Positions 34,957 to 45,544 of a DNA stretch of 64,000 bases are shown here, piece after piece. Position numbers and translations under genes: made by a program. The notes under the pieces are model-generated. The model ran no database searches and had not been told where the DNA came from. It worked only from the letters and a program-made list of their open reading frames with translations. This stretch comes from Macrostomum hystrix (lineage: Eukaryota; Animalia; Platyhelminthes), in NCBI GenBank assembly GCA_950097015.1, contig CATNEN010000014.1, forward strand, positions 1,612,001 through 1,676,000. The letters run 5' to 3'. Every line of letters begins with the position of its first letter. Positions within the stretch are counted from its first letter, which is position 1.

Positions 34957-36573
34957 CTACTCTGCGGCATTAGCACTGTCTTTTTTTGCGAACGGGGCTT
35001 TTTTCAACCAACGCTGAACTGCATCGATAACAGCTTCTCGACTCGCATCAGGTTGACTTAAACGAGTCAGTTTGAGAATGTAGTCAAAGGTTTTTGGAAA
35101 TTCATCTCTTAGTGAAGCTTTTTCCGAAGCCCGATTTGTCCCAGCCCAATTCAGAACCTTTGCCACATTGACTGAAATGGTTGTCTTACATGCCATGTAC
35201 GTGGCAGATCGCACATCTGAACCACCGATCCGACCGATTGAATTCAGAACGACATTTTCATTTTCATTTAGGTGCTCTTCGAACAATTTTAGATCACCAA
35301 TTGTTCCAATTGGTAAATGGCAAGGAAGTTGCTGAAGCACGTTTGCAGAACTTATCTGCTGTTTTGAAATGAGATTGCGAAGCATTTGATTGTTTTCTCT
35401 AACCAAGACAAACGTCGCACAAAGAAGACGGAGGTGACTAGGACCAGTTGTTGCGTCTCTGTTTGCTCCACGTTCTGCCAATAGCTCAGTGGCAATAGAT
35501 TCAAAGGCCTCATTGCTGATGCCGAAATCAGCATTCCTGGCTGCGGAATTTCTGGCGCTTGCACCTCTTGGCGTTAATGTCACGTCTAGAGAGTCTAAGA
35601 GCTTCGGTTGAGTTGAAGCAGTAGCCACGGTTGTTGCAACGTTGCTAGGCGTCACCCCCGCAGCAGCCACGGTTGTCGCAACGTTGCTAGGCGTCACCCC
35701 CGCAGCAGCCACGGTTGTCGCAACGTTGCTAGGCGTCAACCCCGCAGCAGCCACGGTTGTCGCAACGTTGCTAGGCGTCAACCCCGCAGCAGCCACGGTT
35801 GTCGCAACGTTGCTAGGCGTCAACCCCGCAGCAGCCACGGTTGTCGCAACGTTGCTAGGCGTCACCCCCGCAGCAGCCACGGTTGTCGCAACGTTGCTAG
35901 GCGTCACCGCAGCAGCCGACTTGGGTGTCGTAGTCGCGTCCATGAAAGTGGCAGCTGCAGATCCCAGTGGCAGACTCTGATTGTAAGCGGTCATTACTCT
36001 TACATAAAGAGGTGGCGGCACTGGATCATCGTCATCACTAGTCTGTTCATATCTTGAGATGCTCGTGTCACTGCTTCTTTTATTCGCAGGATGTTTGTCG
36101 ATTAACCTGGATTCTGCATTTGATAAGCACGGGAAAATAATTTCAAGTCAATACATTAGGAAAAATGCATTATAGTATATCCACCTGAAAACATACCTTC
36201 AGGACGTCTTCTTTTCCTAGCCAATTCATGATCTGAGTCGCTGCAAGAGAGACTTGAAAATTGGTACTTCTTTTCCTTATCGACAGCAGTCGCATATTCA
36301 TCTGAAGTTAAACGAATTGTTTAAACACTTTAAACGATAGCTAAAAAATTGTTTCTTGAAAATAAAAGCAAAGTTACACTTACTACTTCGAAATACGATT
36401 TTGAATTCATGATATTCGTCCCAGTTAGCCATTGGGCTCTTAGAATACATTTTCCGATGGTCATCACTGGCAGGTGGGAAGTAAACTGTGTTAGAATTGG
36501 AATCAAGCCAGGTGCTAGGAATTACAGCAATGGTTCCTTCAGCAAAGCTAACAACAAGCCAATTTTTCTCCAT
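34957..36573 (-). CDS. EnSpm accessory gene (DUF4806-like), spliced: exons 36573-36384, 36301-36197, 36113-34957
   Basis: GT..AG junctions join in frame (checked by hand). N-terminus WLVVSF...VIPSTWL...YFPP. C-terminus LPIGTIGDLKLFEEHL...IGGSDV...LNWAG. Confidence 0.8.
35630..35915. repeat. 42-bp coding tandem repeat x~7 (TPSNVATTVAAAGV/L)
   Basis: Unit gttgctaggcgtca(a/c)ccccgcagcagccacggttgtcgcaac. Confidence 0.95.
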
Positions 36574-38605
36574 GTGAATCTGGAAAGTCAAGGCGAAGAG
36601 GAATGATAACATATCCTTTCTTTACAGGAAAACCGCAAGCCTTGTCCAATATGCAATCATCAGTGACATCGAATGGTGCTCCAAAACAGCCATCTTTGAC
36701 AAAAAATATTCCTACAGCTGAACTTTTTATTGGATAGGAATAAAAATCTTCTTTCTGTGTAAATTCCATCACCTTGAACTTAGCAGGCAAAACTTCAGTA
36801 ACAAGACAGACTTGAAGAGTCCTTGTGATAATAAAACAATCTCTGCTGTTAACTCTTATTGTACTCTTGTGAGATGGTACGGCAAGCTCAGCCCTGGACC
36901 TTTTTGTCATCAAATATTCACCAGTCCGATTTCTCAGTTGAGCAATCACTTGATTACCACTGCATAGTCTGTTCTTTAGAATCTGCAAAAAACTTTCAAA
37001 TCGAAAAGCAGAAAATGCATCTACTGCACCAAATTTTTCACAGTCATTTGGCAAATGAATCAGAGAATGAACTATGTTTGAGACAAATCCACGTCCATAC
37101 AATCCAGATGACTTTGTAACAAATTCTTTTAGCAGATTGGTTGCAGCAACAACATTTACACTTAGCATTGCAGATTTACCACAAAGAAGATGCATTGCAA
37201 TGTGAAAGTATAGAAAATGAGGATAAATGTCCTTTGGAATACTAGCATCATTTAAAACAATGATTCCATAATAGAGAATAAATGATCGGAATTCAGCTCC
37301 TTTCCAATAGCAAAGCTCATTAAGCCCTCGTGGCTTTCGGCAAAATTCTGATGGGACATGTGATTTTAATGAAACTAAATTGGCAGATAAAGTCTTAATA
37401 GCCTGACTTGGCATTCGGACCTTGTATGGGCCCTCTTTTATCCAGAAATACATCATCCTTCTCATAACACCAAGATATGCCACATGAAGAACATCAAGTG
37501 GAAATGATGCAACCATGTCAATTGAATTTAATTCAAGAAATGGTGATAATCCATTGGCTTCATTATGGTGATCCTCATCAATTTGCAGTCGAAATTCAAG
37601 ATCAGTTCGTAGATCAGCATTAACTTCATCAAAGACAATGCAACTTCTTTCCTCACATCGAGTACCTTCTACTTTACATTTGTCACAACTATGATAACCA
37701 GTTGGATACTTAGTGCACTTCAATAAGCACCTAGCTGGTGCATCACAAATTATTGCCTTTGTTAAAATTGCATAATGATGACCACAATAATCAAATCCAC
37801 TTGAAATTAGATGATTCAATTCTTTAATCAGTTCAGAACACAGTTGTTTGGGATTTGGCTTATCTCTTGAATAATAGAACTGGATGACAAAAGGTTCAGA
37901 TTGTAATTCAGGAACAAAACCAAGAATAGGCCAGCACTGGTAGCCAGAACTTTTGAAAAAACTGATTCCATCAATATTTAGGAATAGAGTCAACTGATTA
38001 GATTTGGTATGTATGCTTGATAAAGAATTATCTATTATAGATTCAATTGCAGACTGTACACCAACATAATAGATATCTTTAGAACAGTAATATGACTTTG
38101 CATTAGTGCTATGAGCCAACAATGTTGATGCTGTCAATGGAAGATCCAAATTTGGAAAATGTTTAGCATGTAGATGCAGTAAAGACGTAATATGTACTTG
38201 ACTCACTTTGGCTTCAACAACCCATGCAGCCAAGTCATCTTTGAAGCTACTTTGGACTTTGTCATAAGACTCTGACCTTTCTGATAAGTCTGATAAAAAT
38301 TCTTTTGTAATGTCTACAAAATGTTGTAGCAATGTGTCTTCATGTTCAAAATGGTCAACATCAGAAGTATCTTCCACCTCAATAAGGTGAAGACCATTAT
38401 TAGAAAACTCTTCTAAGACAAAGTTGCTCAAAATCTTGTCAATGTCAATATCAATATCTGACAAACAAATGCCACTAGATGATTCATCTTGAAGTGGGTA
38501 TAAATAGTAAATTTGTTGAGACAATGAATTTTCTATATGTTTCTCTTGGTCTTTTATTTTAGCTTCAATTTCATTAATACTTCGCTTTAGTTGCCTTTGG
38601 TTCAT
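36548..38605 (-). CDS. CACTA/EnSpm-type transposase (685 aa, possibly with an upstream exon)
   Basis: LFLNIDG, ICDAPARCLLK, CDKC, FPLDVLHVAYLGV, PSEFCRKPRGL..WKGAEFR and VHSLIHLP..FSAFRFES motifs. Confidence 0.92.
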   Translation of the reverse strand: MNQRQLKRSINEIEAKIKDQEKHIENSLSQQIYYLYPLQDESSSGICLSDIDIDIDKILSNFVLEEFSNNGLHLIEVEDTSDVDHFEHEDTLLQHFVDITKEFLSDLSERSESYDKVQSSFKDDLAAWVVEAKVSQVHITSLLHLHAKHFPNLDLPLTASTLLAHSTNAKSYYCSKDIYYVGVQSAIESIIDNSLSSIHTKSNQLTLFLNIDGISFFKSSGYQCWPILGFVPELQSEPFVIQFYYSRDKPNPKQLCSELIKELNHLISSGFDYCGHHYAILTKAIICDAPARCLLKCTKYPTGYHSCDKCKVEGTRCEERSCIVFDEVNADLRTDLEFRLQIDEDHHNEANGLSPFLELNSIDMVASFPLDVLHVAYLGVMRRMMYFWIKEGPYKVRMPSQAIKTLSANLVSLKSHVPSEFCRKPRGLNELCYWKGAEFRSFILYYGIIVLNDASIPKDIYPHFLYFHIAMHLLCGKSAMLSVNVVAATNLLKEFVTKSSGLYGRGFVSNIVHSLIHLPNDCEKFGAVDAFSAFRFESFLQILKNRLCSGNQVIAQLRNRTGEYLMTKRSRAELAVPSHKSTIRVNSRDCFIITRTLQVCLVTEVLPAKFKVMEFTQKEDFYSYPIKSSAVGIFFVKDGCFGAPFDVTDDCILDKACGFPVKKGYVIIPLRLDFPDSHGEKLACC

Positions 38606-40494
38606 TTACATCTGGAATTCAAAATTAGTCAATTGTTTTAAATCAATCTTACAATGTCTATCACATTGAAAAAATATTATGATGATTGTACTAAGGTGCC
38701 AACTGTTAGGCCTAAGTTAAATTTATTTAGTAATATGAATAAGCTACATATAAAAAGTTGCTTTAGATATAAATAATAGATAGAAAATAATACTAACATA
38801 ATAGATATTAACATACTATATAGACACTGGCTACAATAGGGCAAACAGTTATTTAGACAAAATAATTATTTCAACAGATTTTATTTCATTGCCTAAAACA
38901 AAAATAACATTTTATAAAATTATGTTATAAAATAACATTTACATTTACAAATAACGATAACATAAACATTTTTCTTAAACTATCTGTCTATATTTTTAGT
39001 TTTTGTAGCTGAATATCTAGATTATAGAATATAATAGAATATTCCGCTAGTTCAATAAGGATTTAATTTAAAATTTCATTGACGGCCATCTTGATTTTTG
39101 TATTATAAGAAAATTCATATTTCTTTTGCAACTTTTTTTATTTCTGCCTAAATCTCCAAATTAAAATAATAACTAAATTATTATCTATTAAGTTATTAGA
39201 CTAAAAATTGATTTTACAGTTTGGAATTATTGTTAATTTTTAGTTACCGCATTAACGTTACATAAAAATCTTATAAATAACGAGAAGCAAACGTTAGTCC
39301 TAACGTTAGCATGGACTAGGGAGGGAGGGGGAGCAGCGACCCTCGAGGCGTCCAGACACTCCGAGGAGAGACGGGATGGATTTGGAGCGTACCGACACTC
39401 GCTAAGCCCTGACTGAAGGTTTTCACTGCGAGCGGGTAGCCACTCGACAGCCCAAGAGAGAGGTAGATGATGGTCTGGAAGCGTACCGACACTACGCAGA
39501 CTTGAGGAAGACTCTAGAGGAGAGGGATGATGGTGAGCTTTTGGCAGCAGCCGAGGTCGAGCAGAGGAACAAGATTCGATAATAAATAAATAAATAACGC
39601 GTGAATGCTTTTCTTACCAGGAGGGGTTGAACGTTGAACTCATGCAATAAATTGTGCTTCAGGCTGCGTGGTTTATTATGGTTTCTACTTTCTACCGCTT
39701 TCCAATCGCTTCTAACGTTTAAATTAGCTTCGCCAACGTTCTCGCCCTAGTACTCTGGAGGCGCGGGGGCTGGCCACGGGCAGCGCGCGCAAATAAATAA
39801 CCGCGTGGGGTGGGGCGAGGGCATAGGGCTGGACGGGGTAGGGCTAAGCCACGCAGGGCTGGGGTGGTAGCAAACAGGGCTGGGCTGGGGTCGGCTGCAA
39901 GCCGAGAGAGAGAGAGAAGGAGACCGGCTAGCCAATCAGAAGTCTCCTTGGCGAGAGGCCTGATTGGACTAGCGAGGACGGCACAGGGGACAGCCAATGG
40001 GCGAATGACAAACACGCCAAAGGAGGGTGGCCTAAGCCGGGGCCGGGCAGAACCGGATTGAGCAGGCGGCCGGGGTGGAAGGGCTGGAGACGCAGGGGTC
40101 GGGGCACGGTCGTTATGAGACGCAGCTCACAACATATTTTTCCGTAAAAATCAGCCTTTAATAAACTTTCTAAGAAACGAAGTGTCCCATCCTTCTTCTT
40201 CTAGTGGTCCCTGCTGACTGCCTGCCAGGGTTAAGAGCATAAATGCAGCGGCGTTTGTGCCATAGACAGCGCAACTTCCCTTGCGAACGCGAAGTCTATT
40301 CCTTCATTTATTAAATTGCTTTTGAATTTAAAGTGCGCACGATTGCTTATAGTATATATTTTATTTAATCAGAAAACATCCGATATTTGAGAAACTAAAG
40401 TGCGTAGCTAAAAAACCGGTCTAACCTCAGATGATAGAATTATAGAAAAACAATTCTATCTTGTAAATGATGTAGCATAGTATAGTATGTCCTT

Positions 40495-40990
40495 ATTCCT
40501 CAGCCCTCGTTCAGTCTCTCCCTCAGCCCTCATTCAGTCTCTCCCTCAGCCCTCATTCAGTCTCTCCCTCAGCCCTCATTCAGTCTCTCCCTCAGCCCTC
40601 ATTCAGTCTCTCCCTCAGCCCTCGTTCAGTCTCTGCCTCAGCCCTCGTTCAGTCGATTCCTCAGCCCTCATTCAGTCTCTCCCTCAGCCCTCATTCAGTC
40701 TCTCCCTCAGCCCTCATTCAGTCTCTGCCTCAGCCCTCGTTCAGTCTCTCCCTCAGCCCTCATTCAGTCGATTCCTCAGCCCTCATTCAGTCTCTCCCTC
40801 AGCCCTTGTTCAGTCGATTCCTCAGCACTCATTCAGTCTCTCCCTCAGCCCTTGTTCAGTCGATTCCTCAGCACTCATTCAGTCTCTCCCTCAGCCCTCA
40901 TTCAGTCTCTCCCTCAGCCCTCATTCAGTCTCTCCCTCAGCCCTCATTCAGTCTCTCCCTCAGCCCTCGTTCAGTCGATTCCTCAGCGCT
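40495..40990. repeat. 23-bp minisatellite, ~21 copies
   Basis: Unit tctctccctcagccctcattcag. Related short copies at ~48455-48500 (inverted) and ~59495-59590. Confidence 0.95.
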
Positions 40991-41184
40991 CCTTCTCGAT
41001 CAGCATGTGGGTCTGGCCGGTGTTTCTGCGCAGCAGTAACAGAAGCAGGGCGGCAATCAGCAGCAGCAGCAGCGCCACCAGGCTCGTTCTCTCGGGACAT
41101 CACCTTGCCCTGAGCGAATAGAATGGCATGGATGAATTTACCAAAAGTGGGGATTTCAGGTAACTAAAAAACTGGAATTAGGAT

Positions 41185-41310
41185 ATCAGGTGAATTTAGA
41201 ACTGGAAGTAGGATATCAGGTGAATATTGAACTGGAAGTGGGATATCAGGTAACTATAGAACTGGAAGTGGTATTTCAGGTGAATATAGAACTGGAAGTG
41301 GGGATATCAG
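41185..41310. repeat. ~30-bp degenerate tandem repeat x~4 (probably intronic)
   Basis: Unit aactggaagtgggatatcaggtgaatat... Confidence 0.75.
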
Positions 41311-41346
41311 CAGGGATCAGAAGTGCTGAACATCCCGGCGCATTAT

Positions 41347-43808
41347 TCATAGAAACAGGCAAAGGCGCACCTGGAAGTCGATGCTCATGACGATTGACTG
41401 CAGACTGCTGGTCACATCAAAGTCAGTTGAGTAGAAGCAGCGAGGATCGGCCCTGCAGTCTTTGTCACCGGCAGCTACGTCCTTAGAACCGTACCTGTCT
41501 TTGTGCATCCGAAGGTTCGCCAGGTCGGCGAGGCTGACGGAGCCGGGCCGGTAGCGGAGGTTGAAAACAGGCGTGAGGGTCTTGCGCTTCTGCAGCTCGG
41601 CAAGAACTTTCTCGTCCGAGATTGGGAGGACCTGTCGGGCGGTGAAGAGTCGGTAAAGTCGCGAGTGAGTGAAGGCGGGAAATAACGGGTCCATTAAATT
41701 TTATTTCCGACCGCGCGCACCTTAAATGACAGTCGATTTGTATTGCTATCGAATAAGATTTCGGACACGCCTGGCTGGTTGATGATGGCTAGGTCAGTGA
41801 GGTAGACATTGTCAATCTTGAACATGGCGACCACTTCGACGTCGATTTGCTTCAGATAGGCAGTCAATTCCGGTTTGAAAGCTACCGCGAACTCGGCGCC
41901 GGTGATGGTGGAGCAGTGCTGCATGGAGCAGTTCCTGGCCATACTCAAATCAAAGCTCTCAGGCCCTGGACGCTGCAAGAAGAAGACATTGCTGCCAGAC
42001 TCTACCGAGTATTTCGGCATGCCGATCTTCTCCGCATCGCCGGGGCTCACGGTGGCGCAGCACACGATGCGATGCGAGAAATCCCTGCCCATGGACGATT
42101 TGCGCGGCGGGACACTGTCAATCGTTATGTTGATGGTTCGCCTGCCCGGCACTGACGTCACCGTGTCAACAATGACAGGCTGGCGCGGACTAAACAGCGA
42201 GTTGAATTCGTCCAACTGCATCTCCTTCCACGTAGAGGGTTTACGACCAGCCGATGTTGAGAACACGGCACTGGTAACCACCTGGTCCAAGTTGCTAAAA
42301 AATGTAGTGCAGTTGTAAGACATGGACTCGCCTTCCATTGCGTAGATCCTGGGCGGCAGGTTGCCGGATACTACACTCGAGCTTTCAAATGGCTTATAGC
42401 TGAAATGTGGCATGCTGACAATCTGTACATTGAATGTGAAGCTAACACCACCGGCCTCGCAAGTGTACTGGCCAGAGTGACTGTTGTCCACGGTCTCCGT
42501 GAACTCAATGACATTGCCAGTCTTTGAGACTCGGATGCCGTCAACATTTGCCCAATCGATGAACATCGATGGCACTAACGTTCGTCGATTATTGTCTTTG
42601 CTGATGTGCGTAAATCTGTAGGTCGTCAGGGGGTCGGTGCAGATGATCGGGCAGACAAGAGGCGTGGTGTCCATGCCAGAGAAGATAAAAATAGGATCAT
42701 TGCTCAGGTTGGCCGGCAGCTTGCAACCGGCCTTTGTGCCCTGCCTGGTGTACATTACTTCATATTTGGATATCCTCTGTTTGATGACAAAATAGCGGTC
42801 ATAGGACCATAACTGACCGGAGAACGAGAGTGTGGCGCAGATGCTGAATTCAGAGAAATACATCTTATCGAACATGCTAGCAACAATGCTGCTGAGGCCG
42901 TAGGCTGCATAGTGCAGCTCGCCAGTGGCTAGATTCAAGTGCATATGCTTCAGCAGCTGCAGTCCGTTTTCTTCCAGCTCTGAGTAATAATTGACAAACA
43001 TAGCGGTAGTTGTCATATCGCGCATCGCGCTCCAACAGGGCCCTGCGTCAAAACTGAGCAATGCACCAAGGTTGACTTTTAACCTGAGAAAGGCTGGTGC
43101 CGACTTAAGCGCACTAACAATGCTTTGATCAATGAATTTCACGCTGCCAAAATCTGATGCCATCCTGAAATTTATCAAGAATTCATATGCTTCTGGAGTG
43201 AGGAATCTCAGCATGACATTTGAGCCAGACACCGGTTCGCTGTTCCAGTCTCCCAGGGGGTCCAGGCTCCACACGAAGACGCTATTGGACTCGAGCTTCA
43301 AATCCAGCTGCCCAGACACGCGGACCTGCACGGAGAGCTCTAGCTTCTTCCTAAAGACATCAACCGACGGCAATGAAGAAGGTTGAAGGACGAATTCGAA
43401 TGCGTTCGGCTTGCCTTCGACTGGCTGCAAGGAGAATGGGATCGGGGTGTTTTCACACTGCAGCTCGCGACCGGTCACGGCTGACAAGTCCAGATCGAGC
43501 CCGGCGCTGGTATCCGGGCACTTGTACTTGAGAACAGCTGAGTAGCCTATCTGCTGGTTTCTTTTGCCAACAAGAGAAATGTTGATTGTAAAGCTTTGCT
43601 TCGGCTTCAGAATGGCGAACATGTTGGGTCCGCCAACCTCCCACACATCATCCCAGGAGAGGAGAATCTTGCCAGTCTGGGTATAATTGAAGCGCACTTT
43701 CTCGGTGTTCTCGGACACTACAAAGCTGGCGCATGCCAGCCAGAGCAACAGAATGCTTTGGGAAAGCATGGGCTGCAACAAATGAACTCCTGCAATTAGG
43801 CTTAACAT
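41347..43808 (-). CDS. Secreted or cell-surface protein with Ig-like domains; one very large exon plus downstream exon(s)
   Basis: Signal peptide MLSQSILLLWLACASFVVS and Ig motif HSGQYTCEAG in a 704-aa open frame. Plausible short intron ~41724-41636 and further exon to ~41369. Possible TM exon at ~40985-41090. Confidence 0.65.
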
Positions 43809-45184
43809 TCATTGTTTCATAGTATTACACAGGTGGTAATTAGAATGCAAAAAAATAATTACTCAGATTATAATAAAAGAGTCAATGAGCTCATTGCAGA
43901 AAAATAGAATTGGCATTTAAATAAGCCAATAAACAACTATTATTTGTCATTTCTAAAAACGTATTTGCAGAAGCCTGTGTTATAGGTAAAAATTTGATTT
44001 AGTATCACTGCTTGCTGATAAATAATTACAAACATTTTCTAAAAACAAAGATTCTGTATAATCTTGGAAGGCTATAACGCTTCTGCAACACTATGAAAAT
44101 TAAAAAAGTAAATCTAGATATTAAAGTAACATTTTCTAGCAAAAACATTTTAGAGGATTTGGCCCACAGCTTTGACAGCTTTGATATAGTTGGTCATATA
44201 TGATAATATATTCAAACAAGGACTATACATCAATGCACACATGTAACATTCGAACATTACTCAAAGATTTGCACTTACACGAGAAGACTAAATTTTGAAT
44301 CTAGGAGCCCATGATACTAGCTTCATTTAATTGTAAAATGATTGATGAGCCAATATGAACTTAATTGTTTATCGATAATAGACCTACAAAAGTACAAATA
44401 GGACAGCAATGAAACAACAACATCCAAAATGCAGTGGTGTTTTATGCACATAAATATACGAGTATTTTAATCTAAATACATCAATTGATTTTAAATTTAT
44501 AATCAGGCTCTGATGTTTTGTGTATGAGCTTGGGAAAAAAAATGAAATTTAGATTTTTAGTTCAAATATTTGTGGTTTTGGAAAGATGCAATTCGATTAT
44601 TTAAATTACATGACTGTAAATTTTGAAATTGATTTTTACTAACTTATAGGGAGCAGATTTCTTTTATAACAGTGGATCTGTTGATTTGTCTGAGTGAATT
44701 TTCCTAGATATGTAAATGCAAATATCTTATCTTAAATAATCAGATATCTTATGTAGTAAACATAGTTTACCAGCAACTTGAACTGATTCGGTACAGAAGC
44801 AGATTCTGACGCATCAATGACTGGAAGAATTCATCTTGTAAAAAGGCAAGGGTCTTCCCGCTGCCAGATTATCCCAAAGCCGCTTTGAGCTTTTGGAAAA
44901 GTGCAACTCGATTATTTAAATAATAGGACTGTAAATGTACTTGTACATCAAAGCTGCGGACTGTGAAGTGATTTAAGATCTGATAAAAATTGAGATAAAA
45001 TCATAGCAATATTGACAAAATACTTCAGCTTTGGGGCAATCAACACCTTAGAGAGAAGTCTGCTAAAATAGACTGGAATACAATTTACCATATTTTGGAA
45101 AGTAAGGAAACTTTGTTGGTTATTATTTCTTTTCTCATTACCCACTAACTTTTCTGATCTACATTTTTACCTTCTCTCATTCAT

Positions 45185-45515
45185 GACTTATTCTCCCTTG
45201 TCATCGATATCGTTTTGCCTCAAAAGAGAAGAAAAGCAGAGAGAGAGAAGAGATACATAATGAAAAAGACAGAAATAACAGAGAGAGTAGAAAAGAAGAA
45301 AAAACAAAAAGCAAAAGAGAAGGAGAAAAAGCTGAGTAGAAGAGACAGAGAATAAAACAGCGAGAGAGAAGAAGAGAAGAAAAGCAGAGGGAGAGAATTG
45401 ATAAGAATAATTAAAAGAAGGAAAACAGAAAAATAGTAGAAGAGAAAGAAAGTGGAAGTAAAGGAGAAGAAAATCAAAGAGTAGAGGAGAATAAGAAGAA
45501 AGAAGTAAAAAGAAG
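45185..45515. repeat. GA-rich low-complexity tract
   Basis: Almost purely purine on the plus strand. Confidence 0.9.
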
Positions 45516-45544
45516 AGTTTTTGCCATCCACATGAGTTCCTCAC

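Larger units (their letters stand above)
17773..39321 (-). mobile_element. CACTA/EnSpm (CMC superfamily) DNA transposon, ~5.5 kb net, interrupted by the Polinton
   Basis: TIR CCCTAGTCCA / TGGACTAGGG and 2-bp TSD AG. Subterminal CGTTAG/CTAACG motif clusters on both sides of the Polinton and at the right end. Two genes inside. Confidence 0.88.
17686..40134 (-). mobile_element. Solo LTR (~0.9 kb net: 17686-17772 plus 39322-40134) interrupted by the EnSpm element
   Basis: TGTTGT...ACAACA inverted ends and 4-bp TSD TATT (17682-85 and 40135-38). CCAAT boxes, TATTTA and AATAAA occur in order on the minus strand within 39660-40010. Confidence 0.62.

Noticed and set aside
40487-41121. Plus-strand Ser/Pro-rich ORFs
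   Set aside because: They are translations of the 23-bp minisatellite.
45188-45544. Phe/Leu-rich 'membrane' ORFs
   Set aside because: They are an artefact of the GA-rich low-complexity tract.
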